A stretch of DNA of 64,000 bases from Takakia lepidozioides (Eukaryota; Plantae; Bryophyta). Shown here piece by piece: positions 1 through 12,193 of this stretch; the stretch's first letter is position 1, and each line of letters begins with the position of its first letter. The stretch is taken from NCBI GenBank assembly GCA_030704615.1, contig CM060731.1, forward strand, positions 43,400,001-43,464,000, given 5' to 3'. Below the pieces are notes generated by a model. The model was given only the letters and a program-made list of their open reading frames with translations. It was not told the DNA's origin and made no database searches. A program made the translations under genes and the position numbers.

Positions 1-1113
1 TAAACTTCCATACACTTCATCCTCAGTTTTACTTGTCCTGAACCTATTTCGAAATGCTGTATTCAAGCCATTCCAGGTTAGGAAATGATTATCAGGGAAT
101 CTTGCATACCATTCACTTGCTTTCTTGATAAGTGAACAAGGAAACAGTCTCATCTTGGCATCATCGCCATTCTCATTGTTCACTATACACATGTGCTCAA
201 ATTGGCTAATGTGTACATCGGGATCCCCTTTTCCTGAATATATTGGAAAGGGTGGTTTTGCCCGTGTTGGTTGTAACGCCATCTGTGGCCCTACCTTCTG
301 CCCACTGACAGGTGCTGGCACCCTTGCTGGTGCTGGTCCTTCTGGACCTGTTGTTTTTGTGGTGGATCTTCCACCAAGTGGTGGCCCTTGAGCACTCCCT
401 GCTTCTGGCCCCACGATATTCACAGTATTCCCAGCTTCAGTTGCACTACTTCCCACACTCCCTGTCCCCCCAGAGCCAGATCCAGGCAGCCCGCCTGATC
501 CCCCTGAGCCGACACCTTCGTTGGCCTGTGATCCAAGTGCTCCACTTGATCCAGGTCTAACGGGTTGGGATGTCCTGGTTGTAGTCTCAACCTCAGCTGT
601 TGGGTCTACTTCTTCATATTCTTCCTCTTCCAATTTCTTCTCTCTGTTTTCATCATTCAAGTTCTGCCCTTGGGTTTCTTCTTCACTCATGTAACTCAAC
701 TGTAATGGTGTTGGAGAGTCTGAACTCTCCGTTGGCTCTGCCACATCCTCATCTCCTTCTTCATCTTCTGCTTCAGAAACTGGAGTTCCTGCTTTTGGTG
801 TTCCATGCCAACTTTTATCAAAGATTTCTGTCAAATCTTTTATCCAAGGATGTACCTCAGATCTTTCACCTCTTGATTGATCTTCTTCCTTTACCAATTC
901 CCTTAATCTTTCTTGCAAAGAAACAGAAGGAGTGGCATCCAACTCTAGTTCTTCCGGTATAGGTGATGCACTTTTTGATCTTGATGGTGTGAGAGGTCCA
1001 GATGATTCCCCTATGTCTATTCCTCTCTCCCAAAGATATGGATAATTAGCTTTCAGATAGCTTTCCCTTTTTAATGAATATCTTTGTCGTCTAGCTTCTC
1101 TTTCATCACTCAT
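1..1113 (-). CDS. gag: Gag polyprotein N-terminal part (R0), runs off window
   Basis: Frame starting MSDEREARR, homologous to R1 8246-9360. Has CAG where R1 has a premature TAG. Confidence 0.85.
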   Translation of the reverse strand, partial: MSDEREARRQRYSLKRESYLKANYPYLWERGIDIGESSGPLTPSRSKSASPIPEELELDATPSVSLQERLRELVKEEDQSRGERSEVHPWIKDLTEIFDKSWHGTPKAGTPVSEAEDEEGDEDVAEPTESSDSPTPLQLSYMSEEETQGQNLNDENREKKLEEEEYEEVDPTAEVETTTRTSQPVRPGSSGALGSQANEGVGSGGSGGLPGSGSGGTGSVGSSATEAGNTVNIVGPEAGSAQGPPLGGRSTTKTTGPEGPAPARVPAPVSGQKVGPQMALQPTRAKPPFPIYSGKGDPDVHISQFEHMCIVNNENGDDAKMRLFPCSLIKKASEWYARFPDNHFLTWNGLNTAFRNRFRTSKTEDEVYGSL

Positions 1114-1135
1114 GTCCCATGTCTTTCATTTCTTT

Positions 1136-1831
1136 TTAATGTGGCAATAACCAAAACTCTCTTCTGTAATATCTCTCGTATATGCCTGGATTTCTTTCAA
1201 GCTTCAATGCACCCTTGGCTATACTTGAAGTCTCCGTTACCATATAACCATATGGCAAACAAGTCTGAAAAGCTGTTCTTGGTGTGAGTTTGATCCACAA
1301 AATATCCTTTGGAATCCAATTCTTTACCAGTACAAGCTCTTCATGCATATGAGTATAAACATTCACCTTTCTTTCTTCCCAGCCTTCAAACTCTACTCGT
1401 TTAATGGATAGCAATGCTATCACATAAACCAATGTTGGTAACCAACGTGCTCTTCCTCTACAGGCTACTTGATAAATCTTTATCACTCCTTTCTCCAGAC
1501 CCCATTCTGGATCAGCATCATGCACTCGTTTAAGAATATTTTCTTTACATCCGTCTGGCAATTCCAAGAACCTTTGAAAGAACTGTTTGGACAATCTTTC
1601 TTCCTTCGTTTCACAGGGAATTTGATTCACTTCAAATTCTTTAATGGTCCAACCACCATGATCCCACCAGATGCCTGTCACATCTGGTTGTTCATGTCCC
1701 AGTTCCCCAGTATGGTCGCCAAATGTCGCGCGGCTTTTACTCACCCATCCCTTCGCTATCCGAGGCGGAAACTCCAAGATAGAAGAGTTGGAAATCTCTA
1801 AGTACTCAGCCCGCGCAGAACAATCAGTCAT
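1136..1831 (-). CDS. Extra 5' ORF of unknown function upstream of gag (231 aa)
   Basis: Open, same length and nearly identical to R1 ORF 7529-8224. Confidence 0.55.
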   Translation of the reverse strand: MTDCSARAEYLEISNSSILEFPPRIAKGWVSKSRATFGDHTGELGHEQPDVTGIWWDHGGWTIKEFEVNQIPCETKEERLSKQFFQRFLELPDGCKENILKRVHDADPEWGLEKGVIKIYQVACRGRARWLPTLVYVIALLSIKRVEFEGWEERKVNVYTHMHEELVLVKNWIPKDILWIKLTPRTAFQTCLPYGYMVTETSSIAKGALKLERNPGIYERYYRREFWLLPH

Positions 1832-2788
1832 GACCTACAGCTAGTGTATCATGGGGGTGTTTCCTATTTGTTTCCCTTTTCGCATTCATCTTTGGCTACC
1901 TTACCATTGATAATTACGTATTAGTTTCCTTCACTCCTCCATTCAATCCACAGCTTCACTCAGATCTCTCTACACAGTGTGATTGTATCGTATAAATATC
2001 AGATTATGATTTATCAGGTATCAGGCCGAAGCCATTGTATCTCTATTCTCCTCTACAATATCCCTACGGCTTTGCATCTAACAAGCATCTACTAATCCTC
2101 CTTCATCGTGCTCTCCGATCTCCGCTTCCGCCTGACTCCCAAGTCCTCCCCGAATAATCATCCCATCATAATCCCCGTTCTTCCCTTTATCCTCCTATCC
2201 GCGGTTCTAACCGTTTCCCTCTCTAACCGTCGTATGTGAACTAACATGTTCCCTTCTCTGGTGTTGTTCCCCACAGTCGTTCCCTGTCCTACTCTTCGTT
2301 CCCTATTATCGTGACAGCTGTGTCAAGCGGTGACTGGCTGTGTTTGGCTGTGTCGGGCTGTGACTGGCTGTGTGGCTATGCCGGGCTGTGACTGGCTGTG
2401 TGGGCTGTGTCTGCTGTGACGACTGTGACGGGCTGTGTGGGCTGTGTGGGCTGTGACGACTATGACGGGCTGTGTGGGCTGTGACGGCTGTGACGGGCTG
2501 TGTTGGCTGTGACGGCTGTGTGGGCTGTGTGGGCTGTGACGGCTGTGTCGGGCTGTGTTGGCTGTGACGGCTGTGTGGGCTGTGTGGGCTGTGTGGGCTG
2601 TGTGGGCTGTGTCGGCTGTGTGGGCTGTGACGGCTATGACGGCTGTGTGGGCTGTGTGGGTTGTGTAACCCCCTTCTACAGTGCTCTGCTGTCACCCCTA
2701 AGGTTCCTGTTTGTCTCAGTCTGTGCAAAAATTAAGGGTACCCTACAGATCCCGTATAAGTGTCTAAGTCCCCTACAGTCCTCTAACA
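1724..2788 (-). repeat. 5' LTR of R0 (~1065 bp)
   Basis: TG...CA termini matching the R1 LTRs. Followed on the minus strand by PBS-like TTTGGCGACCATACTGGG (1706-1723). Confidence 0.9.
2320..2665. repeat. 9-bp-based simple repeat (GGCTGTGTG/GGCTGTGAC) inside the R0 LTR
   Basis: Directly visible tandem GCTGT(G/T) units. Equivalent tracts at 6735-6970 and 53162-53350. Confidence 0.9.
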
Positions 2789-4946
2789 TGGCCTAGAATG
2801 AATTGATCTCCAATGGTGACTATGCAGGTCACCACAACCTCCTTTTTATGAATTCTGATGGGAATAGTGACTAGTCCTAAGGGCTCATACCTGGATCCAT
2901 CTGCAATAAGCACCTCAATATCTGTGGCAGGACATAGTTTAAGACCAAGAACTCTCACAACACTTAAAGGTATAGCAGATATAGTGCATCCAGTATCAAC
3001 CACATAGGGAAAGCTAAGCTCGTGGATATGGCACTGGGCCATGAGGGGACTGATCTGCTGGCTAGCAGTCTGTCGACTGAAAGGACAATGCAAAGCTTTA
3101 AAGTTAGTAGATAAAACAGCTTGAATCGGAATAGGGTTGGTACATGATGGACCTCTTGCCCCCTTCCCAAGAGATCTCTCTAGTTTAAAGGAGGGGAAGA
3201 GCCATTAGCTGTCTTCTTGTTCTTGATCAGCTCTGGTAGCCCTGCCCTGTCTGGACAATGTTTCGTCTAGTGTTCAAAGGACCCACAAATGTAACAGGCG
3301 GCACGATTGCCCTCATAGGCTTGTCCAGTCTGGGTTCGACCTCTATTGTTACCACCTGTTGTTCCTTGGCCATGTCGAGGCTGCCACCTCTGTTGATGAG
3401 CCTGCATGGCAGCAAACTGAGTGGCCACAGACTCACTAAGACTTCCCACAATATTAGCCAATCCCTAAAGAGTAAAATCATCAACTTTGTATGTTATAGC
3501 AGGAGGAACATAGGGTGAGGATGTTTCAGACATGCCAAGCTCTGAGCCCATTGGAGCTTGAAACTTGGCATGATGTTGCATTGATTTGCTGTCAGCCAAG
3601 TCTGCCATTTTAAGATTAATTTCTGCTAACATAGTCTTGTCATTGACAAAATGACGTCGCTGAGCCCAATTCTGAATAGTGGAAGGCAACCCAAGGAGAA
3701 AATACCTTTTAACCATACGATCCCTCTCTGCCGGGTCTGTGATATTTTCAACAGCAGCAAATTTAAGATCCATGCAATACTTCCACAAGGATTCCCCAGG
3801 TTGGTAAGTCCTGGCCGAAAGCTTGGTAAAGCAATCCAGAGGCCTCTCAGGAGGTTTGAACAAGGTCTTTGCCCATTCCACCAGAGTTGCCCAATTGGGG
3901 CTGGGATCATCCATGATAGCTGCATGCAGTAAGTCACGAGCTGGTCCCTTCATGCTCATCCTAAAGATTGTCATCTTGAAATTCTCAGGCACTCCATTCA
4001 CACTAGCAATGACCTCAAACATCTGAAGATATCTATCAAAGTCTTCTCCTATGGTATATTCTGGGTAAGGTTGAGTGGTCAGCCGGGGGATCAGATGACA
4101 AGGCAGGCTATGGTTGATGTGACCAGGGAGGACAGACCCATGAGCAGGGCAACAAAGAATTATGGGAGCAGCACTACCATGCACATGTCCAACATTAGAT
4201 GCAGAATTATAACTCATACTATGATTGGTGGCTGATCATGTAGCAGCTGAAGCTGACAGACGTGACGCCACCGTGCCCATTGGGAGAGCAGGTGTTGCCA
4301 CGTTTGGCTGAGCAGCAGGGTTAGTTGACTGCAAGTGGGTTTGTGGCATTCCACTCATGGGAAGAGTGGATGCCACTCCCACTGGTTGTGTTGACACATC
4401 TTATACTGCTAGGAGGGCTATTGCTAGCATGCATACCCATGGACTGGCTAGAGACAACGTGTGGTGGCACCAAGCCCGTGGAGCAGGGAGAGCCCCCACT
4501 GATTGGCCTGCGATGGCAGGAGTCAGAGCAGCAGACACACTAGAGGGCCCTTGCATCATGACACTCCCACCTTGAACAACACCATGCACATTCAACACGG
4601 GAAGACTGCCCCCATGCATACCTGAATCTACAGGCAACAAATTCCCTCCCCCGAGAGTGGGACTAGGGAAATTCACAACAGACAGCACACTAGGACTCAA
4701 GTTAGCAACCTGGGCCGGCATACTGCTTGTAGTAGCCCAAATATCCGAACCAGACCCTTCGACCCCTTGAACATGAATAGGATGGGAGGGCAGACTGTTT
4801 AATTCCCGAGCTAGCGTAGGCTCGGTCCGTCTAGCCACCAAGGCCTCATCACGCCGATCATAAACAGAAAGGCCCTCGAGGGTGGCTATCCCAGACCCCT
4901 CATCAGCCAATGTAATACCAGTTGGGGACTCTACAACTGCTCCCAT
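2789..4946 (-). pseudogene. Degenerate gag and aspartic protease of an older Ty3/gypsy element (R3)
   Basis: Protease motif VVDTGC...ILG (2790-3093), zinc knuckle CYICGSFEH*TKHC (~3250-3300), retrotransposon gag core (3465-4217). Stops and frameshifts present. Confidence 0.85.
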
Positions 4947-4969
4947 CGTCCCAATCGTCCCAACATTAA

Positions 4970-5850
4970 AAAATTTTACTCAACCAGTTTTGATGCTCAC
5001 TTAGCTGATCTGCAGCGTGTTTTCAGCAAATTGCGCACAAAGTGAAGCCCAAGAAGTGTGAGCTGTTCATGCATGAGCTGCACTTCCTTGGTCATGTTCT
5101 GTCCAAAGATGGTTTGCTTCCTGATCCTACCAAGCTTGAGTCTGTTTGGGGCTTTCTTATCCCCAGGGATAAACATTATATCAAATCCTTCCTTGGTCTG
5201 GCTTCTTATTATAGGCGCTTCATAAAGAATTTTGCCAAGCTTGCTCACCCTCTGACCAAGGTGTTGTGCAAAGATGCCATGTTTGAATGGACCTTCTCCC
5301 AGCAGGCTGCTTTTGACACCCTTCGCAAGGCTTTGTGTTCAGCTCCCATCCTGATGTTTCCCAACTTTGAGTTACCTTTCTTGCTTCAGACTGATGCATC
5401 AGATATTGCCATCTCTGCAATCTTATGTCAAGTTGTAGAAGGCAAGGAACATGTAATAGCTTATGCATCTCGTCGTCTCGATCGTGATGAAAGGAATTAT
5501 TCCATATCTGATAAGGAGGGTCTAGCCCTGGTCTTTGGTGTGAAGCATTTCAGGCAATATTTACATGGCAGCAGGTTCGTGGTAGAGACTGATCATCTTT
5601 CACTAAATGCTATTGTTAAGCCAAGAGAACTTCATGGCAGACGTGCTAGATGGGCTATGTACCTGCAGGAATTTGACATGGATATAATCTACAAGAAGGG
5701 CAAGGAAAACACGAATGCTAATGCACTCACACGGGTTGATCCTCCTGTCAGCAGGCCTATGCTCACCTTGGATGACCTTATTGCTGCTGATGCTGCCCCT
5801 CCTCCTAATCCTGCCCCTCTTCTCAACCTTCTTTGTGCAGATAAGCAACC
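4970..5850 (+). pseudogene. pol: Ty3/gypsy RT C-terminal half plus RNase H fragment
   Basis: HLADLQRVF..KPKKC..FLGH, FLGLASYYRRFI, QTDASDIAISAIL, YASR..E..A, TDH, ANALTR. Starts just after the YxDD position; no integrase follows. Confidence 0.9.
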
Positions 5851-6612
5851 CTTGGCCCTAGATTCACATGGCATATTGGCTGCTTGGGGCTGGTCTAGCC
5901 TATTAGATGAGTCTGGTTGATTTATTCGTGTGTTAGTATGTGTGGTGGATCTATCGCTTCGCGAGAATTCGGATGGTTTGGTGGAAGTTCATTGTTGTGT
6001 TTCAGTCCTTTTCTTTCCTAGGCCCCCAAGTTTGTTGTGATTCGGCTGCTGCACTCCGGTGTGACTATTGGCTTGAGCCTCAAGGCCTGATTTGGCTGTC
6101 CATGAGTAGTAACAAATGAGGTGAAGGTATCCCTGGTTGGAGATCATAGGTGCAGGCACTCCATACCACCTTCTCTAAAACCCATTGTCTACCTTGTCAT
6201 GGTTTTAGTCATGGTTAACTAGAATTACCTACTTCTAGTTAACTAGGACATTTTGGATATTTATATTTGTATTTTGTGTGTTGGGACTTCATTTGGTCTC
6301 ACATGCCAAGTGAGGTGTCAAACCTCACTTGGGACATGGGGATGGGTTTTCCCCTTGTGAGCGTTGAGGAGGGCTCATCTTCTTGTAGTTGAGCCTCCAT
6401 GAGCCTCTCTCACCTCCATAGCTCTAGGTATTGAGAGGGAGTGTGTTGAGGGCTTTGTAGGGTGGATTCCCTTAGCAACGGTGCCCTTGGCTCGACTTAG
6501 TTTATGTGATTGAGTGGATTCATGAGTGGAGTGTTTCCCTTGTGTTCACTTTCATTATCACTACAAGAAGATCACTTTATGCTTGTGAGTGCGAAGTGTA
6601 AGGGTTAGTTTA

Positions 6613-7636
6613 TGTTAGAGGACTGTCTGGGACTAAGACACTTATACGGGATCTATAGGGTACCCTTAATTTTTGCACAGACTGAGACCAACAGGAGCCT
6701 TAGGGGTGACAGCAGCGCACTGTAGAGGGGGATTACACAGCCCGTCACAGCCGACACAGCCCGTCACAGTCGTCACAGTCGACACAGCAGTCACAGCCGA
6801 CACAGCCAACACAGCCCGTCACAATCGTCATAGCAGACACAGCCACACAGCCAGTCACAGCCCGACACAGCCAAACATAGTCGCACAGCCAGTCACAGCC
6901 CGACACAGCCAAACACAGCCGCACAGCCAGTCACAGCCCGTCACAGTTTCACACAGCCAGTCACAGCTTGACACAACTATCACGACCATAGGGAACAGAG
7001 AGTAGGACAGGGAACGACTGTGGGGAACAACACCTGCAAATGGAACATGTTAGTTCACGGACGACGGTTAGTGAGGGAAACGGTTAGAGCCACGGGTAGG
7101 AAGATAAAGCGAGAAGCAAGGACTGAGAAGGGGCTTTTTGGGGGGATGATTTTTGGGAAGCACTTCACGGGAGAGGACTTCTTGGTCATGCAAGAGAGGG
7201 GATCGGGCAGAGATGAAGAACGGAAGCGAAGATGGAGAGATGAGGAGTAGATACTTGTTATATGCAAAGCTGTAGTGATATTGTAGAGCAGATTAGAGAC
7301 ACAATGGCTTCGGCCTGATACCTGATAAATCATAATCGGATACTTATACGATACAATCACACTGTGTAGAGAGATCTGAGTGAAGCTGTGGAATGAATGG
7401 ATGAGTTGATGGAATCCAATAGATTAATAAAGCAAACTGATACTTAACTATCAATGGTAAGGTAGCTAACATGAATGCCAAAAAGGAAACAAATAGGAAA
7501 CACCCCCATGATACACTAGCTGTAGGTCATGACTGATTGTTCTGCGCGGGCTGAGTACTTAGAGATTTCCAACTCTTCTATCTTGGAGTTTCCGCCTCGG
7601 ATAGCGAAGGGATGGGTGAGTAAAAGCCGCGCGACA
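6613..7636 (+). repeat. R1 5' LTR (1024 bp)
   Basis: TGTTAGAGG...GCGCGACA. Direct repeat of 53040-54015 with about 15 substitutions counted by eye plus indels in the simple-repeat tract. Confidence 0.96.
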
Positions 7637-8224
7637 TTTGGCGACCGTACTGGGAGACTGAGTCATGAACAACCAGATGTGACAGGTATCTGGTGGGATC
7701 ATGGTGGTTGGACCATTAAAGAATTTGAAGTGAATCAAATTCCCTGTGGAACAAAGGAAGAAAGATTGTCCAAACAATTCTTTCAAAGGTTCTTGGAATT
7801 GCCAGACGGTTGTAAAGAAAATATTCTTAAGCGAGTACATGATGCTGATCCGGAATGGGGTCTAGAGAAAGGAGTGATAAAGATTTATCAGGTAGTCTGT
7901 AGAGGAAGAGCACGTTGGTTACCAACATTGGTTTATGTGATAGCATTGCTATCCATTAAGCGAGTAGAGTTTGAAGGCTGGGAAGAAAAAAAGGTGAATG
8001 TTTATACTCATATGCATGAAGAGCTTGTACTGGTAAAGAATTGGATTCCAAAGGATATTTTGTGGATCAAACTCACACCAAGAACAGCTTTCCAGACTTG
8101 TTTGCCATATGATTATATGGTAACGGAGACTTCAAGTATAGCCAAGGGTGCATTGAAGCTTGAAAGAAACCCAGGCATATACGAGAGATATTACAGAAGA
8201 GAGTTTTGGTTATTGCCACATTAA
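7529..8224 (+). CDS. Extra 5' ORF of unknown function (231 aa), ATG lies inside the LTR
   Basis: Conserved open frame in R0 and R1. No recognised motif. Confidence 0.55.
   Translation: MTDCSARAEYLEISNSSILEFPPRIAKGWVSKSRATFGDRTGRLSHEQPDVTGIWWDHGGWTIKEFEVNQIPCGTKEERLSKQFFQRFLELPDGCKENILKRVHDADPEWGLEKGVIKIYQVVCRGRARWLPTLVYVIALLSIKRVEFEGWEEKKVNVYTHMHEELVLVKNWIPKDILWIKLTPRTAFQTCLPYDYMVTETSSIAKGALKLERNPGIYERYYRREFWLLPH
7637..7655 (+). promoter_or_regulatory. Primer binding site TTTGGCGACCGTACTGGGA (tRNA identity uncertain, possibly Arg)
   Basis: TGG 2 nt after the LTR end, complementary to tRNA CCA. Conserved in R0. Confidence 0.75.
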
Positions 8225-8245
8225 AAGAAATGAAAGACATGGGAC

Positions 8246-10288
8246 ATGAGTGATGAAAGAGAAGCTAGACGCCAGAAATATTCAGCAAAAAGAGAAAGCT
8301 ATCTGGAAGCTAATTATCCATATCTTTGGGAGAGAGGAATAGACATAGGGGAATCATCTGGACCTCTCACACCATTAAGATCGAAGAGTACATCACCCAT
8401 ACCGGAAGAACTAGAGTTGGATGCCACTCCTTCTGTTTCTTTGCAGGAAAAATTAAGGGAATTGGTACAGGAAGAAGATCAATCACGAGGTGAAAGATCT
8501 GAGGTACATCCCTGGATAAAAGATTTGACAGAAATCTTTGATAAGAGTTGGCATGGAACACCAAAAGCAGGAACTCCAGTTTCTGAAGCGGAAGATGAAG
8601 AAGGAGGAGAGGATGTGGCAGAGCCAACGGAGAGTTCAGACTCTCCAACACCATTATAGTTGAGTTACATGAGTGAAGAAGAAACCCAAGGGCAGAACTT
8701 GGAGGATGAAAACAGAGAGAAGAAATTGGAAGAGGAAGAATATGAAGAAGTAGACCCAACAGCTGAGGCTGAGACTACAACCAGGACATCCCAACCCGTT
8801 GGACCTGGATCAAGTGGAGCACTTGGATCACAGGCCAACGAAGGTGTCGGCTCAGGGGGATCAGGCGGGCTGCCTGGATCTGGCTCTGGGGGGACAGGGA
8901 GTGTGGGAAGTAGTGCAACTGAAGCTGGGAATACTGTGAATATCGTGGGGTCGGAAGCAGGGAGTGCTCAAGGGCCACCACTTGGTGGAAGATCCACCAC
9001 AAAAACAACAGGTCCAGAAGGACCAGCACCAGCAAGGGTGCCAGCACCTGTCAGTGGGCAGAAGGTAGGGCCACAGATGGCGTTACAACCAACACGGGCA
9101 AAACCACCTTTTCCAATATATTCAGGAAAATGGGATCCCGATGTACACATTAGCCAATTTGAGCACATGTGTATAGTGAACAATGAGAATGGCGATGATG
9201 CCAAGATGAGATTGTTTCCTTGTTCACTTATAAAGAAAGCAAGTGAATGGTATGCAAGATTCCCTGATAATCATTTCCTAACCTGGAATGGCTTGAATAC
9301 AGCATTTCGAAATAGGTTCAGGACAAGTAAAACTGAAGATGAAGTGTATGGAAGTTTACAACAGTTAAAGCAAAAGAAGCATGAAACTGTTGAGGAGTAT
9401 ATGGAAAAGATGGAATTGATGATGAAAAAGCTGGCTGCAGTACCAGCACCCGGTTTACAGAAGACTTGGTTTGTGAGTGGACTAAGACCAGAGTTGCAAA
9501 AGAAAGTGGATATGTTACCCCATAATACAGTGGAGGAGGCATTTGAAACTGCAAACAGAATTGAGCAATTGGGAATGCTCAGGAGAGAGAAAAGGGATGA
9601 TGAGGACTCTGAGGATGAGTCAGATGAAGAAGAAGAGCAAGAACTAAAAAGGAAGAGTAAGAGAAAGGAGAAGTTGAAGAGGGATAACTATGAAAAAAAA
9701 TTGGAAGAAATCTTGAAGAAGTATGCCACAGAGGCTGCAACACATTGGAGGAAGGGTGTATGGTGTGCAAAGTGCCAAAATGAAGGCCATACCACCACAG
9801 AATGCCACATGAAGGAGAAACAGTGTACTATCTGTAAAATGGATAACCATTCTACTGAGAATTGTTACTACAACAGAAGGACAGCTGTAAGAGAACCTAG
9901 GCAAGTAAGGGTGCATCAGGTGCAGCCCCAGCCAAGAAGAAACAATGATCAGGACCACTATGGTAGGTCTGGTGGTTATATCAATGGCATGGAACGGAGA
10001 GGTAATTCAAGAGGAAATTACGAAGAAAATTCCAGAGGCAACTATCAGGGTAATCCAAGGGGGAATTACCAGCCCGGGAATCAGGATTATAGAAATAATC
10101 CAAGAACAGACCAAGGGCGAGGACCCAATGGTGAAGAATTATGTTACTATTGTAATCAGCCAGGACATCGCAGGGCAGCCTGTGCATTCTGGATAAGACA
10201 CCAGAATGAGATGAGAGCTCCTGTGAATGAGGGCCCAGTGGTGGCAGCTCACATGGTTAGGCCATGTGTTGTACCAGAAGTACAATGA
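8246..10288 (+). pseudogene. gag: R1 Gag (~680 aa) with one premature stop at 8657-8659; three CCHC zinc knuckles
   Basis: ORFs 8246-8659 and 8660-10288 are in frame; R0 has CAG at the stop. Capsid-like YSG..DPDVHI..F. Knuckles CAKC..GH...C, CTIC...H....C, CYYC...GH....C. Confidence 0.92.
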
Positions 10289-12193
10289 TAGTAACAAGAA
10301 GTAAAGCCAAACTAATACCTCCAGTAGTAGAGGAAGAAGATGATAATGAAGGTGACAATGATATGCCTGAAGATGAAGAGACTTGGAGAGATGAGAAGGA
10401 ACTGCACAAAGAAGTGGCAGATACCATAAGGGAAATGCAGAAGAGTACTGATATTCCTGTGGCAGATTCCTCTGATTCTGATGGAGAAGAAGAAGGGAGT
10501 GAGGATGAAAGGAAGAAAGAAGATGCAGACATGCAAAGTAATGAAGAGACTTTGGCTGAAGTAATATGCCAGACCAAAGCAGAGATTACCATTGGACAGC
10601 TATTAGCTGTGGCACCTTATTGTAGGCACAGGCTGTATCAAGCAATCAATCGAATTGCCCAGGAGACAGGAAACACAGACCTGAACAACAATGTGACCAG
10701 TTATAATGTGAAGCCGGAAGGGCGAGAAACAGTCATGGACTTTGATGATTCTATGCCAGTAATCCAATTGAGAATTGGAAGCACAGAACTAACTGATGTA
10801 CTAATAGATGGAGGCTCTGGAGTAAATATCATGACAGACCAATTAAGAAAGAAGCTTGGTCTAAGTAACATGAAATCAGCCCCATTTACAGTAACAATGG
10901 CAGATCAAAGAAGTGTACAACCATTGGGATTAATAAGAGGAGTTAAGATACAGATACAGAAGATGATCTTTATGATCACAGTAACTGTGTTGAAGATGGA
11001 TGAAGTCATGGAGGCTTACTCCTTATTATTGGGACGTCCGTGGCTGAAACAGGCCAGGGTATTCCATGACTGGAATTCTCAGTTACTAACCATGCATAAT
11101 GGGATACACGAATTATCACAAAGAAATCTAGTAGATTACCTGCTACGAGAAGACCTCGAGGGGTCAGAGAGTATGACTGGAGAGGAGGACTGGATGAGGA
11201 GCAGGAAGCTACCATGTTCGCTGCACACCCAGAGTGGGAGCAGGTTGCAGAGATGCGGTTGGAAGGCCTAAGTTGTTTAAGAGGTATCTGCTGTGGTGTA
11301 GTGTCAGCAACACCAATTGAAGAGGAAACCAGCAGTTACCCATCTCATTTCTATGAAGAAAAAGAAGGAGAAATGGAAATCCTAGAGGAACCAGCCACTA
11401 TGAGTTTACAGGATGAAGTGGTGATTGGTTGGACAATCACAGCTGATGAGCAAGTGAGGGAAGTGAATGTGGGAACTAAAGAGGAACCAAGGATGGAGAA
11501 GGTAGGAGCTGATTTGGAGCCAGAATTCTTTGAAGAAGCTAAGAGTTTCTTCATCAAATACAGAGATGTATTTGCTTGGAGCTATGAGGATCTAAAAGGG
11601 ATACCACCTGAAATCTGTCAGCATAAGATTGAACTGGAACCAGGGTCAGTGCCAATCAAGCAGGCAAAGTACAGAATGAATCCCAACTACGCACAGAAGG
11701 TTGGAGAAGAGATAAAGAAGTTGGCTGAGGCTAAGTTTATATATCCAATAGAGTATACAACTTGGTTGTCACCCATTGTGATAGTTCCCAAGAAGAATGG
11801 TAAACTAAGAGTTTGCGTGAACTACAAGAAGCTGAATGCTTGTACGAAGAAAGATCCTTTCCCTTTGCCATTCACAGAAGCAGTATTAGACACTGTGGCA
11901 GGCCATGAGACGAACTCATTCATGGATGGGTTCAGTGGTTATAATCAAGTGCAAGTGGCAGAAGAAGATCAAGGAAAAACAGCTTTCATCACAGACTGGG
12001 GGGCTTATGCATACAAAGTCATGCCCTTTGGACTTTGTAATGCACCAGCGACCTTTCAGAGAGTGATAAGTGAATCTTGATATCTGGATGATTTCATGCA
12101 GGTATTCTTGGATGGTTTCAGTGTGTACAGCTCTAAGAATGAGCACTTGCATAAATTGGAGTTATGTTTGGCCAGATGCAGGATGAGAGGTCT
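10285..12193 (+). pseudogene. pol: R1 Pol 5' part: protease and reverse transcriptase up to the M1 insertion
   Basis: LIDGGSG protease, LLLGRPWL; RT WLSPIVIVPKKNGKLRVC, DGFSGYNQ, MPFGLCNAPATFQR. Reading resumes at 46291 as GLNPEK. Confidence 0.95.

Larger units (their letters stand above)
1..2788 (-). mobile_element. Ty3/gypsy LTR retrotransposon R0, 5' part (5' LTR, PBS, extra ORF, gag), truncated by window edge; sister subfamily of R1
   Basis: Reverse complement aligns with R1 6613-9360 (same LTR ends TGTTAGAGG...GCGCGACA, same ORFs). Inserted into the protease region of an older element at 2789. Confidence 0.92.

Noticed and set aside
2306-2796. His/Ser/Pro- and Cys/Val/Gly-repeat ORFs (also 6673-7005, 53100-53384)
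   Set aside because: Translations of the LTR simple repeat; frames differ among LTR copies.
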